Origin: Holosporaceae bacterium | GTDB lineage: Bacteria; Pseudomonadota; Alphaproteobacteria; Holosporales; Hepatobacteraceae | DNA: 64,000 nucleotides | Direction of reading: 5' to 3' | NCBI GenBank assembly: GCA_036881885.1 | Contig: JBAJNL010000001.1 | Location: forward strand, 2,377-66,376 | In this document: piece after piece, positions 38,008-46,939 of the stretch | Numbering within the stretch: the stretch's first letter is position 1 | Layout of the letters: each line of letters begins with the position of its first letter | Program-made: the position numbers and the translations under genes | Notes under the pieces: generated by a model | Databases searched by the model: none | Told to the model about the DNA's origin: nothing | Seen by the model: the letters and a program-made list of their open reading frames with translations, nothing else

Positions 38008-38069
38008 AGCAGCGGTTGCTTAAGCGCTTTTTTGCCGACAAGCGATACACCTAGACTTTGTCTGGCGCC

Positions 38070-38834
38070 TTAAAGCTTCCGCTTTCTTTTATATAAATTA
38101 AGCGACAGGGGCGTGCCTTTGATGTCTAAAACCGATGGAATAACCAGAGGCTGTTCACCACTGACATTATCCCACACCGCATCATCGGGTTGTCCGCCTA
38201 GCGTTTGACCGCGATCATCAATCGAAATAATTTTAGACCCCTTAAACAAAGACAGATCCGGATAATGATCGCAGCAAAGGCATGAAAGCAGCAAAACCTT
38301 ACGCTTGGGATGCGCTTCTATGGCGCTGTGCATGTCCAGAGGTACAATGTCTGTATAGTGTATGTTGGGGACGGTGATATCGGTTGCAAGAACATCAACG
38401 CCTTTCTTCTTCAAAAGGCCCTCTAACAAACCACCGCCGCAGCCCACCGAAAGCATTTTATCACGGCCAATAAAGCGGACGATAGCCTTCAAGTCTTGTG
38501 TGCTTGGGCACACGCCACCGTATGTGTGACTTAAAGATGCGCTAAGGCGCCTGTTATAAAGCGTTCTTGCATTGTGCATTGTTGGCGTGTCATAGCTTGA
38601 CGTGATTGAGTTAATTTGATGTTGCTGCTGCAGGGCGCTTTGAAAGCCTTGGTAATGCTGCATAATAGGGCGCGTCGGCAACGGCACTTCAAAGCCGGCT
38701 GGCCTGCCAGAAGCAGACACAAGCGGCTGCGTGTGATCCTCGAGTCTGCTGAACTTAGACTGCGTTTCGCCTCCACAACAGACAAAGCTAAAAGCTTGCG
38801 GCACCACACACATGATGAATATTTTTTTTTTCAT
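38070..38834 (-). CDS. secreted/lipoprotein-like class I SAM-methyltransferase-fold protein (paralog 1)
   Basis: The ATG at 38834 has a GGAGG SD 8 nt upstream. The N-terminus is MKKKIFIMCVVPQAFSFVCCGG. Motif I-like sequence MLSVGCGGGLLEG...VLATD is present. The tail is basic (YKRKRKL). Confidence 0.55.
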   Translation of the reverse strand: MKKKIFIMCVVPQAFSFVCCGGETQSKFSRLEDHTQPLVSASGRPAGFEVPLPTRPIMQHYQGFQSALQQQHQINSITSSYDTPTMHNARTLYNRRLSASLSHTYGGVCPSTQDLKAIVRFIGRDKMLSVGCGGGLLEGLLKKKGVDVLATDITVPNIHYTDIVPLDMHSAIEAHPKRKVLLLSCLCCDHYPDLSLFKGSKIISIDDRGQTLGGQPDDAVWDNVSGEQPLVIPSVLDIKGTPLSLNLYKRKRKL

Positions 38835-38961
38835 AAAAAACAACCTCCACTGACTTTTTGAGATCATTTTTATTCTTTTTAGATAAAAAATGTCTATTTT
38901 TGTTTAAAAAATTGAAAACATGATGTTTTTCAGTTTATGAAATGGGGAACCCTTCCACGTT

Positions 38962-39055
38962 GTCATGGCGAATAGCCCTTTGGGACACCGCGGCGTGCCC
39001 CTAAATCGTCATTGCGAGGAGAAATCTTGATTTCGACGCGGCAATCTATGTGTGC
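38962..39055 (+). repeat. Palindromic repeat (degenerate B, D, A)
   Basis: The order is GTCATGGCGAATAGCC, CCGCGGCGTGCCCC, then GTCATTGCGAGGAGAAATCTTGATTTCGACGCGGCAATCTATGTGTGC. Confidence 0.8.
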
Positions 39056-39187
39056 GTCACAGTCAAGATAGCTTTAAGCGTGTTTGCGGGCAGATCTGAC
39101 ATAAAAAGCGCATCACGCTTGGTCAAATCAGTGTTTGGTTTTTTTGCTTGAGGGGAGGGGGGCTCTTTTGATATAAAGGGGGTGTGT

Positions 39188-39263
39188 TCCTCGGTAGCTC
39201 AGTTGGTAGAGCAAGTGGCTGTTAACCACTGGGTCGCTGGTTCGAGTCCGGCCCGAGGAGCCA
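39188..39263 (+). tRNA. tRNA-Asn (anticodon GTT), CCA encoded
   Basis: The sequence is TCCTCGGTAGCTCAGTTGGTAGAGCAAGTGGCTGTTAACCACTGGGTCGCTGGTTCGAGTCCGGCCCGAGGAGCCA. The cloverleaf arms pair, and the anticodon loop is CTGTTAA. Confidence 0.95.
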
Positions 39264-39340
39264 GTTGGCCCTTTGCTGAGCTTTGTGCATGGTGACTCAA
39301 AGCGCAGGAAAGGTGTGCTATTTGAAAAATTTTTGCCTCC

Positions 39341-40144
39341 TCAACAGCGTATGCAAGATGACCTCAAGTTTTTTCTGCGATACAGGTGCAAGCGAATCGG
39401 TGGCGAATGGGATGTGCCGTGTGGCGCAAGATCTAAAAAAGACTTTAAGACAGGCCCATCGTGTGGTACCTCTTCCCATATGTTAGGGTCAGGGGTAAAA
39501 CCGACATCGTTGCCCTGATTGTCAATGCAGATAAGGCGGCTCCCCTTAAAGGCCGAGATATCAGGCATGTTCACCGGCAGAATGTTTGAGAGCAAAAGGA
39601 TGTCTTTATCCGGATTGTCTTTTAAGGCCTGTTTCGGACTTTGTTCGAGCACATGGGTATAGCGCTTGGGCTTCTTTCTTTTGCAAACTCCTTTGTTGCT
39701 TTCTGTCGCAATAACATCAACGTGATTGTTGCGCAGCATCCACGGTGTGTAGGCAGATCCAGCCTCAAGGGATAACACGCTATCTTTTTGTGAAAAAGGA
39801 CTATGTTCTCTAATAAACTCAAGGATGCGAGGAAGTGCTGGTGTGGGGTCAGCACCTTCGAATTTTTGTCTAAGGGTAAGATATTCCTTGTCTTGGATAA
39901 AGGAACCAAGGCCTGGATATGAGGTGTCGTAAGCCTTGGCATTGTTGAAGGACACTTCAAAGTCTTGGGGGTAAGCAATAGGGTTTGCATTCGCTTCTAG
40001 TCTTTGCGGGGTCAGTGTCTTGGACGAATCCCCTGATAAAAGATGTTCTTTTTCTATATTGGCTTTAGAAGCGCCCCCACCAGCATAGCATCCAAAGTTA
40101 CCTACCTGCTGCAAGATACACAGCAACACAATTGTTTTTTTCAT
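39341..40144 (-). CDS. secreted/lipoprotein-like protein, paralog 2 of 38070..38834 with degenerate SAM motif
   Basis: The N-terminus is MKKTIVLLCILQQVGNFGCYAGG. The C-terminal halves align: PDISAFKGSRLICIDNQG...LHLYRRKN versus PDLSLFKGSKIISIDDRG...LNLYKRKR. Motif I is replaced by VLSLEAGSAY. Confidence 0.55.
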   Translation of the reverse strand: MKKTIVLLCILQQVGNFGCYAGGGASKANIEKEHLLSGDSSKTLTPQRLEANANPIAYPQDFEVSFNNAKAYDTSYPGLGSFIQDKEYLTLRQKFEGADPTPALPRILEFIREHSPFSQKDSVLSLEAGSAYTPWMLRNNHVDVIATESNKGVCKRKKPKRYTHVLEQSPKQALKDNPDKDILLLSNILPVNMPDISAFKGSRLICIDNQGNDVGFTPDPNIWEEVPHDGPVLKSFLDLAPHGTSHSPPIRLHLYRRKNLRSSCIRC

Positions 40145-40518
40145 GTCTATCTACCCCTGTTGATTCAGAACAAACCACGCCATCACGCGCAAGTAGAAAG
40201 GCTGATATATTCTAAATATAAAAAAACCCTTAAAGGATATAAATCTAAATAATGGTATTTATTTTTATCTATAATATACAATAGCAAGGTGTTTGACGTG
40301 CGATCACACGTGTGGGCTGTGTGCAACGGCGCACAACATAACACTTAAAACCTTAAGTGCGATGTTCAGCTTTCGGTGTAAAAGGGGATGTGGCTGCGGT
40401 CTTTGTCATCAAACTTGGCGCGGTGAGACGACACCATGCACACATGATCGCCGTATAAATCTGCAGGAATCGCCTTTGCAGCATTAATGGGGTCGCAGTC
40501 GTCACCCAAAGCCGGTGG

Positions 40519-41115
40519 TCAGCATCGCGCAGGCCGCCTCTGAAAAATGCTCTTGTGGCCACAAAAAGCAAACCTCGGGTAGACGTTCTTTAAGATCAGG
40601 TCATACGACCACACATGCAAACGGCGCAACCTGTGTGCCTTTAAAGGGCGCAGTGGCCTTGCGCTGTCGCCCAGATGTAAAAGTTTGACCGCCTTTGGGT
40701 GAGGGGGTATCGGCAAACCACAAAGGTCAAGTCTGCCCGCGATCTGAAGCGCCTGAAGGTAGACACATTCCTCAACCAGTGCCTTTTGCTGCGCACCTGT
40801 GTTGTCATTAAGATACACGCACGCATATAAGGCATTGGTGTTTGGCGTTGTGCCCACCACAATCTCGTTTTTTTGGTGGCACGGCAGGTCAGAAAAAAAG
40901 TTCATCTGAACCTCAAGGTGCCGCCTTTGCACCACCTTTCTGGGCCTGGCTTTTGGTTTTTTGGGCGCGTCCTTTGTGGGTGGTTTTTTGGCGGCGGCTT
41001 TGACCGGCGCGGCGCAGGCTTGGGGCGTTTCATCAGGATTGTTGTCACCGGGGCCAACGGCGCGAAGGGTGGCAGGCAAAATCAAAGCCAGAAGTGCGGT
41101 GTAGAAAAACTTCAT
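40519..41115 (-). CDS. truncated member of the LRR-protein family (possible pseudogene)
   Basis: It has a signal-like N-terminus and shares ARPRKVVQR and LCGLPIPPHPKAVKLLHLGDS with 14311..15459 (AAPRKVVSR, LGDLPLLPCPDKLESLMLSHS). The frame stays open for 50 codons after the TGA at 40519..40521, down to 40366. Confidence 0.4.
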   Translation of the reverse strand: MKFFYTALLALILPATLRAVGPGDNNPDETPQACAAPVKAAAKKPPTKDAPKKPKARPRKVVQRRHLEVQMNFFSDLPCHQKNEIVVGTTPNTNALYACVYLNDNTGAQQKALVEECVYLQALQIAGRLDLCGLPIPPHPKAVKLLHLGDSARPLRPLKAHRLRRLHVWSYDLILKNVYPRFAFCGHKSIFQRRPARC

Positions 41116-41262
41116 TTTTCAGAAAGATATCAAAACTCTAAACGATAATAGACTGATTTATAAGTAGCTTTTTGTCAATATGTTTTTTGACATTTGATTT
41201 GTTGATTTAAAATTATTTTTATGGCAAGTTTATGTAAAAATGCTAGTAGTTGGTGATTTTGT

Positions 41263-42591
41263 ATGCTAAAATGCTGTCTTGCGCTTGTCTTTCTGGTCAA
41301 TTGTGTGATACCTCTTGCGTTGTCCGTGGGTGGTGAGACAGAAACGTCAACGCTTCCGGCGACACCGGCAGCGTCGCGGGTTTGTGCGGCGCCGCTTGAA
41401 AGAGATACGACGCAAGACGTGCACCTTAAATCGTTTGAGGCGGTTGAGCAAGTGGTGAACCGTGGGTCGCGCCAGCATGTCGTTCTTGAAAGCAAGGCAA
41501 CAAAAGAGCTTTTAGAGCCGTCCAATAGCGCTTTTGTGTCGCGCCTGAACGCGTTTGCCAAAAACCGCTCTATGACGTTTAAAATTGACAGGCCCACAAA
41601 AGATCAGATGCTTGCCCTTTCAAAGATTGCTTGTGCCAGTGAAGTTGAGATTTGGAACTGTTCATCCGATGCGCTTAAGGTGTTTCAGCACGTTTTACAC
41701 GTGCAACATCTGGTCGTGACCCGCAGTTATATACCAAACACATTCGATATAGGCAGTTTTGCTCATTTAAAGACCCTGTACCTTTCGTACTGTGATGAAT
41801 ATGTGCAAGGCCTTGCCACGTTGCAAGGTTTAAAGCGTCTCATGATTTTTGATTGTAACCGGGATTTGAACGGCGCAAGGCTTTATGACGTTGAAGCGCT
41901 TGAAGGTTTGCAATGGTGTAAGCTCGTTTGTTTGGAAAACCTTCGGTTGCTTGACGTCGGCAGACTTGTCAATCTGCAAGCACTATCCATTGGCCTTTGC
42001 CCCGCTTTGAAAAGCGTTGTCGGGTTTAAAGCGCTGCCAAACTTGCACACATTAGAGATCCGTTATTGCCCTGTGCTTGACGTTGAAGCGCTTCTGGAAT
42101 GTGCACAGTTGCGTTGTTTGGTGCTTGCGTTTGCGGGCGACGAAAATCCGCGCTGTCTTGATTTAAGTCAACTGACACGTTTGGAACACTTAACAGTCAA
42201 ACGCTTTGAATGGATTTTTGGGCTTTCAGAAATGACGCGATTAAAAACGCTAGAGCTAAGAAATGGGGGAGCACCAAATATTGTTATGTCTCTTCCAGGG
42301 GTTAAAGACCCTGTCATAAAAAATCCGCGTTTAGTGCAAGAAATGGATCTGAGGCGGTATCCGTATCTTACAAAAGTGACGATTCACAATTTTGCCGATC
42401 TGAACTTGCTTGGGCGTGAAAGCTTTGGTGGCGAGCTTAACATTGCCCCCAGTGCTGCTGTGATTGATAGGCCGCAGGCACCCCCTACAGAGGCGTTCGC
42501 TGTTGAAGAGCCTCAGGGTCATACTTTGCATCCTGGAGCTTCAGCGCCATTTTGGATGCAGATGCTTAGATGTTGTTGCGGCTTTGGTTAA
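41263..42591 (+). CDS. secreted cysteine-containing LRR protein
   Basis: It has a signal-like N-terminus and ~24-26-aa repeats with Cys at a conserved position (LKTLYLSYC, LKRLMIFDC, LQALSIGLC, LHTLEIRYC, LRCLVLAF). Confidence 0.65.
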   Translation: MLKCCLALVFLVNCVIPLALSVGGETETSTLPATPAASRVCAAPLERDTTQDVHLKSFEAVEQVVNRGSRQHVVLESKATKELLEPSNSAFVSRLNAFAKNRSMTFKIDRPTKDQMLALSKIACASEVEIWNCSSDALKVFQHVLHVQHLVVTRSYIPNTFDIGSFAHLKTLYLSYCDEYVQGLATLQGLKRLMIFDCNRDLNGARLYDVEALEGLQWCKLVCLENLRLLDVGRLVNLQALSIGLCPALKSVVGFKALPNLHTLEIRYCPVLDVEALLECAQLRCLVLAFAGDENPRCLDLSQLTRLEHLTVKRFEWIFGLSEMTRLKTLELRNGGAPNIVMSLPGVKDPVIKNPRLVQEMDLRRYPYLTKVTIHNFADLNLLGRESFGGELNIAPSAAVIDRPQAPPTEAFAVEEPQGHTLHPGASAPFWMQMLRCCCGFG

Positions 42592-42912
42592 CAAAAACGC
42601 CAAGCCCGACGTGGTGTGGCCCGAACGTCATGGATGTACCCTGGATAAGATCCTGTGCGCCAAAAGCGTCTGACCTATTTGAGGTCTGTAAGGCTTTGTG
42701 TATTTGGGTTTTTGGACCATCTTCAGCAAACACAATGCTGGGGCTGCGCAAAGAGGTGTGGGGCCGATTGTCACGTTTTTGTCGTCAAACATGATCAGTG
42801 GCGCTGATGTGTCGGTGACCGTTTAAGCATATTTTGTGGTGTTTTTTCTTGCATCCACAGCCCTTTTCAACGCAGGCTATGGAAGAACATCAACCAACAA
42901 GGGCACCGTCAC

Positions 42913-43527
42913 GTGACCGAAAAACAACCGCAGTGGCTGATTGTGGGGCTGGGCAATCCTGGCGCACGCTACGCACGCCATCGCCACAATGTGGGCTTTC
43001 AGTTGTTGGATGTGCTGCATCAGCGTTATCACTTTGAGCCCTTTGCTGACAAGGCGCGCTATGCCTTTGTGCGTGGCACCATGCCGCTGTCGCTAGAGCG
43101 CCAAACGCCAACTGCCAAAGTGATTTTGATGAAACCCCTTACCTTTATGAATCTGTCGGGCCCGCCGGTGGGCGAGGTGATGCGTTTTTATAAAATTCCA
43201 CCAGATAATGTGCTTGTGGTGCATGACGAGCTTGCGCTGAAACTGGGACAAGTGCGTTTGAAAAAAGGCGGCAGTGCGGGCGGACACAATGGCCTTAAGT
43301 CGCTTGATCAAGCCATTGGACAGGGTTATGGCCGGCTGCGCCTTGGCATTGATCACCCAGGCGATAAAGAGGCGGTCACAGGCTATGTGCTGGGCAATTT
43401 TACCAACGCCGAAGATGCGTCCCTTAAGCCCTTGTTGCAACACATTGCAGATTTGATACCCCTTGTGTTGCAAAAAGAAACGGGGCTGTTTTCTACCAAA
43501 CTGGCACTGTTACAGCAAGCCAGCTAG
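42913..43527 (+). CDS. pth: peptidyl-tRNA hydrolase
   Basis: Motifs WLIVGLGNPGARYARHRHNVGF and GGHNGLKS are present. It has a GTG start and a TAG stop. Confidence 0.9.
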   Translation: MTEKQPQWLIVGLGNPGARYARHRHNVGFQLLDVLHQRYHFEPFADKARYAFVRGTMPLSLERQTPTAKVILMKPLTFMNLSGPPVGEVMRFYKIPPDNVLVVHDELALKLGQVRLKKGGSAGGHNGLKSLDQAIGQGYGRLRLGIDHPGDKEAVTGYVLGNFTNAEDASLKPLLQHIADLIPLVLQKETGLFSTKLALLQQAS

Positions 43528-43641
43528 CGCGCTTTTTGACACCCGTGATTGTGCCTCGCTGCTGTAGAGGTCAGATAATTCGCCCGTAAAGTATCCTGTA
43601 ATCAACGAAAGGAACGCGTTATGCGTATCATGCCCCCAACC

Positions 43642-43777
43642 GTCATTGCGAGGAGAAACTTTGTTTCGACGCGGCAATCCATCTGTACTTTGGCCAACTC
43701 AGGTGCACGGCTAGTGGATCGCCACACGGCCGTTGGCCGTTCGCGATGACGATTTAAGCTGGTGCCTTCGCGATGAC
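43642..43777 (+). repeat. Palindromic repeat unit A-B plus extra B-end
   Basis: Module A spans 43642..43695, module B spans 43714..43750 and CCTTCGCGATGAC ends at 43777. Confidence 0.9.
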
Positions 43778-43837
43778 GTTCTTTAAGTTAAAGTACACTG
43801 CGCCCTGCAGACAACAAGGCACAGTGATGTCAAACTT

Positions 43838-44023
43838 TTATTCATGACCGTAAGAATCGTCATGCTTGTCGCAGTTTCGAAAACAATTGCAATATTGACG
43901 CTGTCTTTTGTGTGAATTCGCGACTTGTTGATGAATCGCTACACCTTGTGTTGCGCCACAAACTAAAAGCGTTAGCGCACAAAGCACGCACCGGATATAT
44001 TTTTTTGTCTTGGGTTGCATCAT
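43838..44023 (-). CDS. hypothetical small lipoprotein-like peptide (61 aa, Cys/His-rich)
   Basis: An AAGGAG SD lies upstream of ATGATG. It has a signal plus lipobox-like sequence (LTLLVCG) and a Cys/His-rich tail. Confidence 0.4.
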   Translation of the reverse strand: MMQPKTKKYIRCVLCALTLLVCGATQGVAIHQQVANSHKRQRQYCNCFRNCDKHDDSYGHE

Positions 44024-44168
44024 GATAAGCTCCTTTAGTGTTTAAGACACACTTTTATTTTTGCCTAAAAAAGCTTTTTTTATAAGTAAGACAAAAAAAT
44101 CAAATGATTTTGATCTTAAAAACACATATTCATGACATGACTTGCCATTGCAGAACAGGGGGCAGCGC

Positions 44169-44801
44169 TTATGAGGTTTGCTGGTGGTACGCATGCTTAA
44201 GGCGTCTGATCAAAGATGTCAGCCGGATGTCAGCCCCGCCCACTTCAAGACGGCAATGTAAGTGCGGCACTGTCTGCGCGCCGTTTGAGCCCATATGCAC
44301 CGTCATGCGCGCCGTGATTCCTTGGCTTTTAAGGGCCTCGAAGGTGGTCTCCCACAGCGTCCACAAATCGCTTTGCTCATTGGGCGTTGCGTTGTTCAGA
44401 AAGCCCGCGAGCGTGACATAAGGTTTTTGTGGGATCACCAAAAGATTACCCGACATGGACCGAATTAAAAGAGAGTGCTTTGTGGCAAACAGCGCAGATT
44501 TTGGATGCGTTAGATAAGGCGTGAAGGCGTTGTTGGGATAAGCCGCTTCTTTCCAGATGGCCTGTTCTGTTGTGCTTGTGTATGGCACTGCCTCAACATC
44601 ATAACGGCCTTTTGCCTTTTGCTTAAACAAAACTTGCGCCCCCTTGTAAGGGCCGATGTGCTGTTGCAACCAGGTCTTAAAGGTGTCATCACGCATCACC
44701 CAAACATCATAAACCCCAAGAGACGCTGCAACAGCACTGTTGGTTGTCACAGCCACACATAATAAAAAGGCACATGCAATGCCCACTAAAGACAACCTCA
44801 T
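44169..44801 (-). CDS. HIT-like (histidine triad fold) protein with signal peptide and degenerate triad
   Basis: Starting from the ATG at 44801 the N-terminus is MRLSLVGIACAFLLCVAVTT. The C-terminal block LLVIPQKPY...MTVHMGSNGAQTVPHLHCRLEVGG resembles HIT xHxHxHxx with the third His replaced by Arg. Confidence 0.4.
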   Translation of the reverse strand: MRLSLVGIACAFLLCVAVTTNSAVAASLGVYDVWVMRDDTFKTWLQQHIGPYKGAQVLFKQKAKGRYDVEAVPYTSTTEQAIWKEAAYPNNAFTPYLTHPKSALFATKHSLLIRSMSGNLLVIPQKPYVTLAGFLNNATPNEQSDLWTLWETTFEALKSQGITARMTVHMGSNGAQTVPHLHCRLEVGGADIRLTSLIRRLKHAYHQQTS

Positions 44802-44979
44802 GATACTAATCTTCCATAAAACGGTTGCGTTCAAAACTTTTTTATCAAAACATAACAAGAAAGCTTTGTCGTCCCTGTTATTAAAGCCTTCGCAAGACTG
44901 TTCCGCATCTTGACGCAACCCTGCGCGCTTATGCTAGTCTTTAGCAGATAACTTTTATAGACGTAATCAACAAACTGCA

Positions 44980-45402
44980 ATGGCTTTTGAGAAACAAACA
45001 AGCTGGATTGACCATTTTGTGGCGTGGCTGCGTCTTGAAAATGCGTTGCTTTTTTGTGCTGAGCTGTGCTTTTACTACACGTGGTCGGGCGATTGGTGGC
45101 TATTTGCCAAGCTGTTTTTGCTGCCTGATCTTGGCCTTTTAGGCTATGTCTGGGGGGCGCGCGTGGGGGCCGCCTGTTATAATATAACCCACACACTGAC
45201 ATTGCCTTTGGGTCTTTTGTTTGTGGGCTTGATGATTTCACATCATACCTTGGTGACCGTCTCACTGATTTGGATTATTCACATTGCCTTTGATCGTATG
45301 CTGGGCCTGGGCCTTAAAAGCCGCAAGGGCTTTACTATCACGCACCTTGGCACGCTGAAAGGTTTTGGAGGGTTCGGCAAAAAGCCACCCTCTCACCCAT
45401 GA
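44980..45402 (+). CDS. DUF4260 family membrane protein
   Basis: It carries LLPDLGLLGY, GAACYNITH and HIAFDRMLGLGLK blocks and four hydrophobic segments. Confidence 0.55.
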   Translation: MAFEKQTSWIDHFVAWLRLENALLFCAELCFYYTWSGDWWLFAKLFLLPDLGLLGYVWGARVGAACYNITHTLTLPLGLLFVGLMISHHTLVTVSLIWIIHIAFDRMLGLGLKSRKGFTITHLGTLKGFGGFGKKPPSHP

Positions 45403-45875
45403 TCATTAAATCCCTTTTCATATTCTTCATAACCGACCCCCTCTTATTTTGTCTCACTCTTTTGACGTGCATGGTTGTTTTTTTGATACGCGAACGCTGG
45501 ATCAAGCGTTGGTGGGTTTCCATTTGCTATCACGGCATCCTTTTTTTAATACTAGTCCCAATAGGTGTTGGGTATGGTGGCGTGCAAAACACTGCGTACC
45601 ATGACCTAGAGGTTTTTCGTCAACTGGAAAAAAACAATCAAGTGGCCGAAGCAAGAAAAGATCCCGCGCACTATAAAATTTCCGGCTCTCTCGCCCTTGA
45701 TTTTGAAACGTCTGACGCTTTTCATGACTATATTCGTCATACCTATGACAGCCAGGCTGATAAGCTTTTCGCGATCATAATAGGCTGGCTTGTCGCTTTG
45801 ATGTGCGATTTAGTCATTGCCATTGTGTGCCTTTTAAGGCGCTTTTTTAAAAGTAGAAAAATCGCTCTTTTCTAA
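45399..45875 (+). CDS. hypothetical membrane protein
   Basis: Its start overlaps the preceding stop (ATGA at 45399..45402). It has 3-4 hydrophobic helices. I recognise no family. Confidence 0.45.
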   Translation: MIIKSLFIFFITDPLLFCLTLLTCMVVFLIRERWIKRWWVSICYHGILFLILVPIGVGYGGVQNTAYHDLEVFRQLEKNNQVAEARKDPAHYKISGSLALDFETSDAFHDYIRHTYDSQADKLFAIIIGWLVALMCDLVIAIVCLLRRFFKSRKIALF

Positions 45876-45903
45876 AACGACTGTGCATTCTCCGCAGGTC
45901 ACA

Positions 45904-46641
45904 TTACTCATTGTCAGAAAGCACATCCATTGCTGGCGATGCGCGCTTTTCGCACGCATCCGATAACGCTTGATCCACTAACTTGTACCATCCATCACCA
46001 CCCCCTGCTGCAGAAAGCGTGACCTCTTCGTCAGAGCTCTCTTGGGCCATAAAAGCGGCATAGGTGGCTGCTGCTTCAGCGTATAACGCTTGCTCTGCCT
46101 CAGACAGCGCTTTGATCTCATAAAAGATTATCTTCAGGCTCTGACTGCTGTCGCCGTCGACTCCCGCATAAAAGCTATAAAGATAAGGTCCACGCTTTTT
46201 CGCCATGGCCAATAAAAGCTCTCCTTCTTTTGGTTGTGACGTTGCAAGAGAAAGGCTGGGGTTCACATAATCTGATGTCAGATCAATGATTTCTGCGTTG
46301 TCTGTTATGTGACAGACTTCAAGACATTCCTCGGCCTCTTCTGGTGTTAATAAAGGCGCAAAGTGCTTTTGAAACCTTTTGGTAATCAAAGTGGCCTGGT
46401 TTTCTTTCATCTCAACGTCTTTCTTGGCCCGCTGCACAAACGCCAGATGCGCCATATCTGTAAGCGGTTCAAGCGCCGTGTCGTTTTGTGAGCCGCCTGA
46501 TGCTGCGGCAGCCAAGGGCTGTGTGCTTTCTTCGGCTACAGGTTTTGGATATCCACAAGATAAAGCTGCTTCTAAACGCTGTGCCGACACCCCCAAAACG
46601 AAGACAAAGGCAACCAAACTAATTTTAGTTATTTTTGACAT
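45904..46641 (-). CDS. hypothetical secreted protein
   Basis: The N-terminus is signal-like (MSKITKISLVAFVFVLGVSA). I recognise no family. Confidence 0.45.
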   Translation of the reverse strand: MSKITKISLVAFVFVLGVSAQRLEAALSCGYPKPVAEESTQPLAAAASGGSQNDTALEPLTDMAHLAFVQRAKKDVEMKENQATLITKRFQKHFAPLLTPEEAEECLEVCHITDNAEIIDLTSDYVNPSLSLATSQPKEGELLLAMAKKRGPYLYSFYAGVDGDSSQSLKIIFYEIKALSEAEQALYAEAAATYAAFMAQESSDEEVTLSAAGGGDGWYKLVDQALSDACEKRASPAMDVLSDNE

Positions 46642-46825
46642 AAAAAGTATTTATAAAATTAATATTTATCAAATACTTATAAAAAATATTTCGTACAACT
46701 GTCAATAAGATCACAAAAAATGATAAAAATGCGACGCAGAAGCTCTATTGCAAACGTCCTTACAACCAGAAACCCAGGTTTTCGTGCGACCATCCGGTGT
46801 GCCGTCGCCACCACTATTTTGCCAA

Positions 46826-46900
46826 AACCAATTTAATGAATTGATTTTGTTTAAAAATTTTCTAAAGTTGTGAACGGTGGAGAATGCCCTTCGCGCGCAA
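46826..46900 (-). repeat. Module C intergenic repeat, copy 3 of 4
   Basis: The plus strand reads TTGATTTTGTTTAAAAATTTTCTAAAGTTGTGAACGGTGGAGAATGCCC. Confidence 0.85.
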
Positions 46901-46939
46901 AAAGAGAAAAAGTACAAGAATCGACGTCATAAACTGATA

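Noticed and set aside
38868-39340. Classical tRNA-integrated genomic island at tRNA-Asn, and similarly at tRNA-Ser and tRNA-Leu.
   Set aside because: No integrase, recombinase or transposase ORF is present, and I could find no direct repeat of any tRNA 3' end in the flanks. The accessory genes near tRNAs are noted, but mobile-element status is not supported.
42592-42912. 320-bp apparently non-coding gap upstream of pth, with short ORFs 42566..42751(-) and 42570..42794(+). I considered a gene remnant or a small RNA.
   Set aside because: I could not recognise a protein family, a repeat-family member, a stable hairpin or a known RNA motif. It may be a decayed gene, but the sequence alone gives me nothing to support a call.
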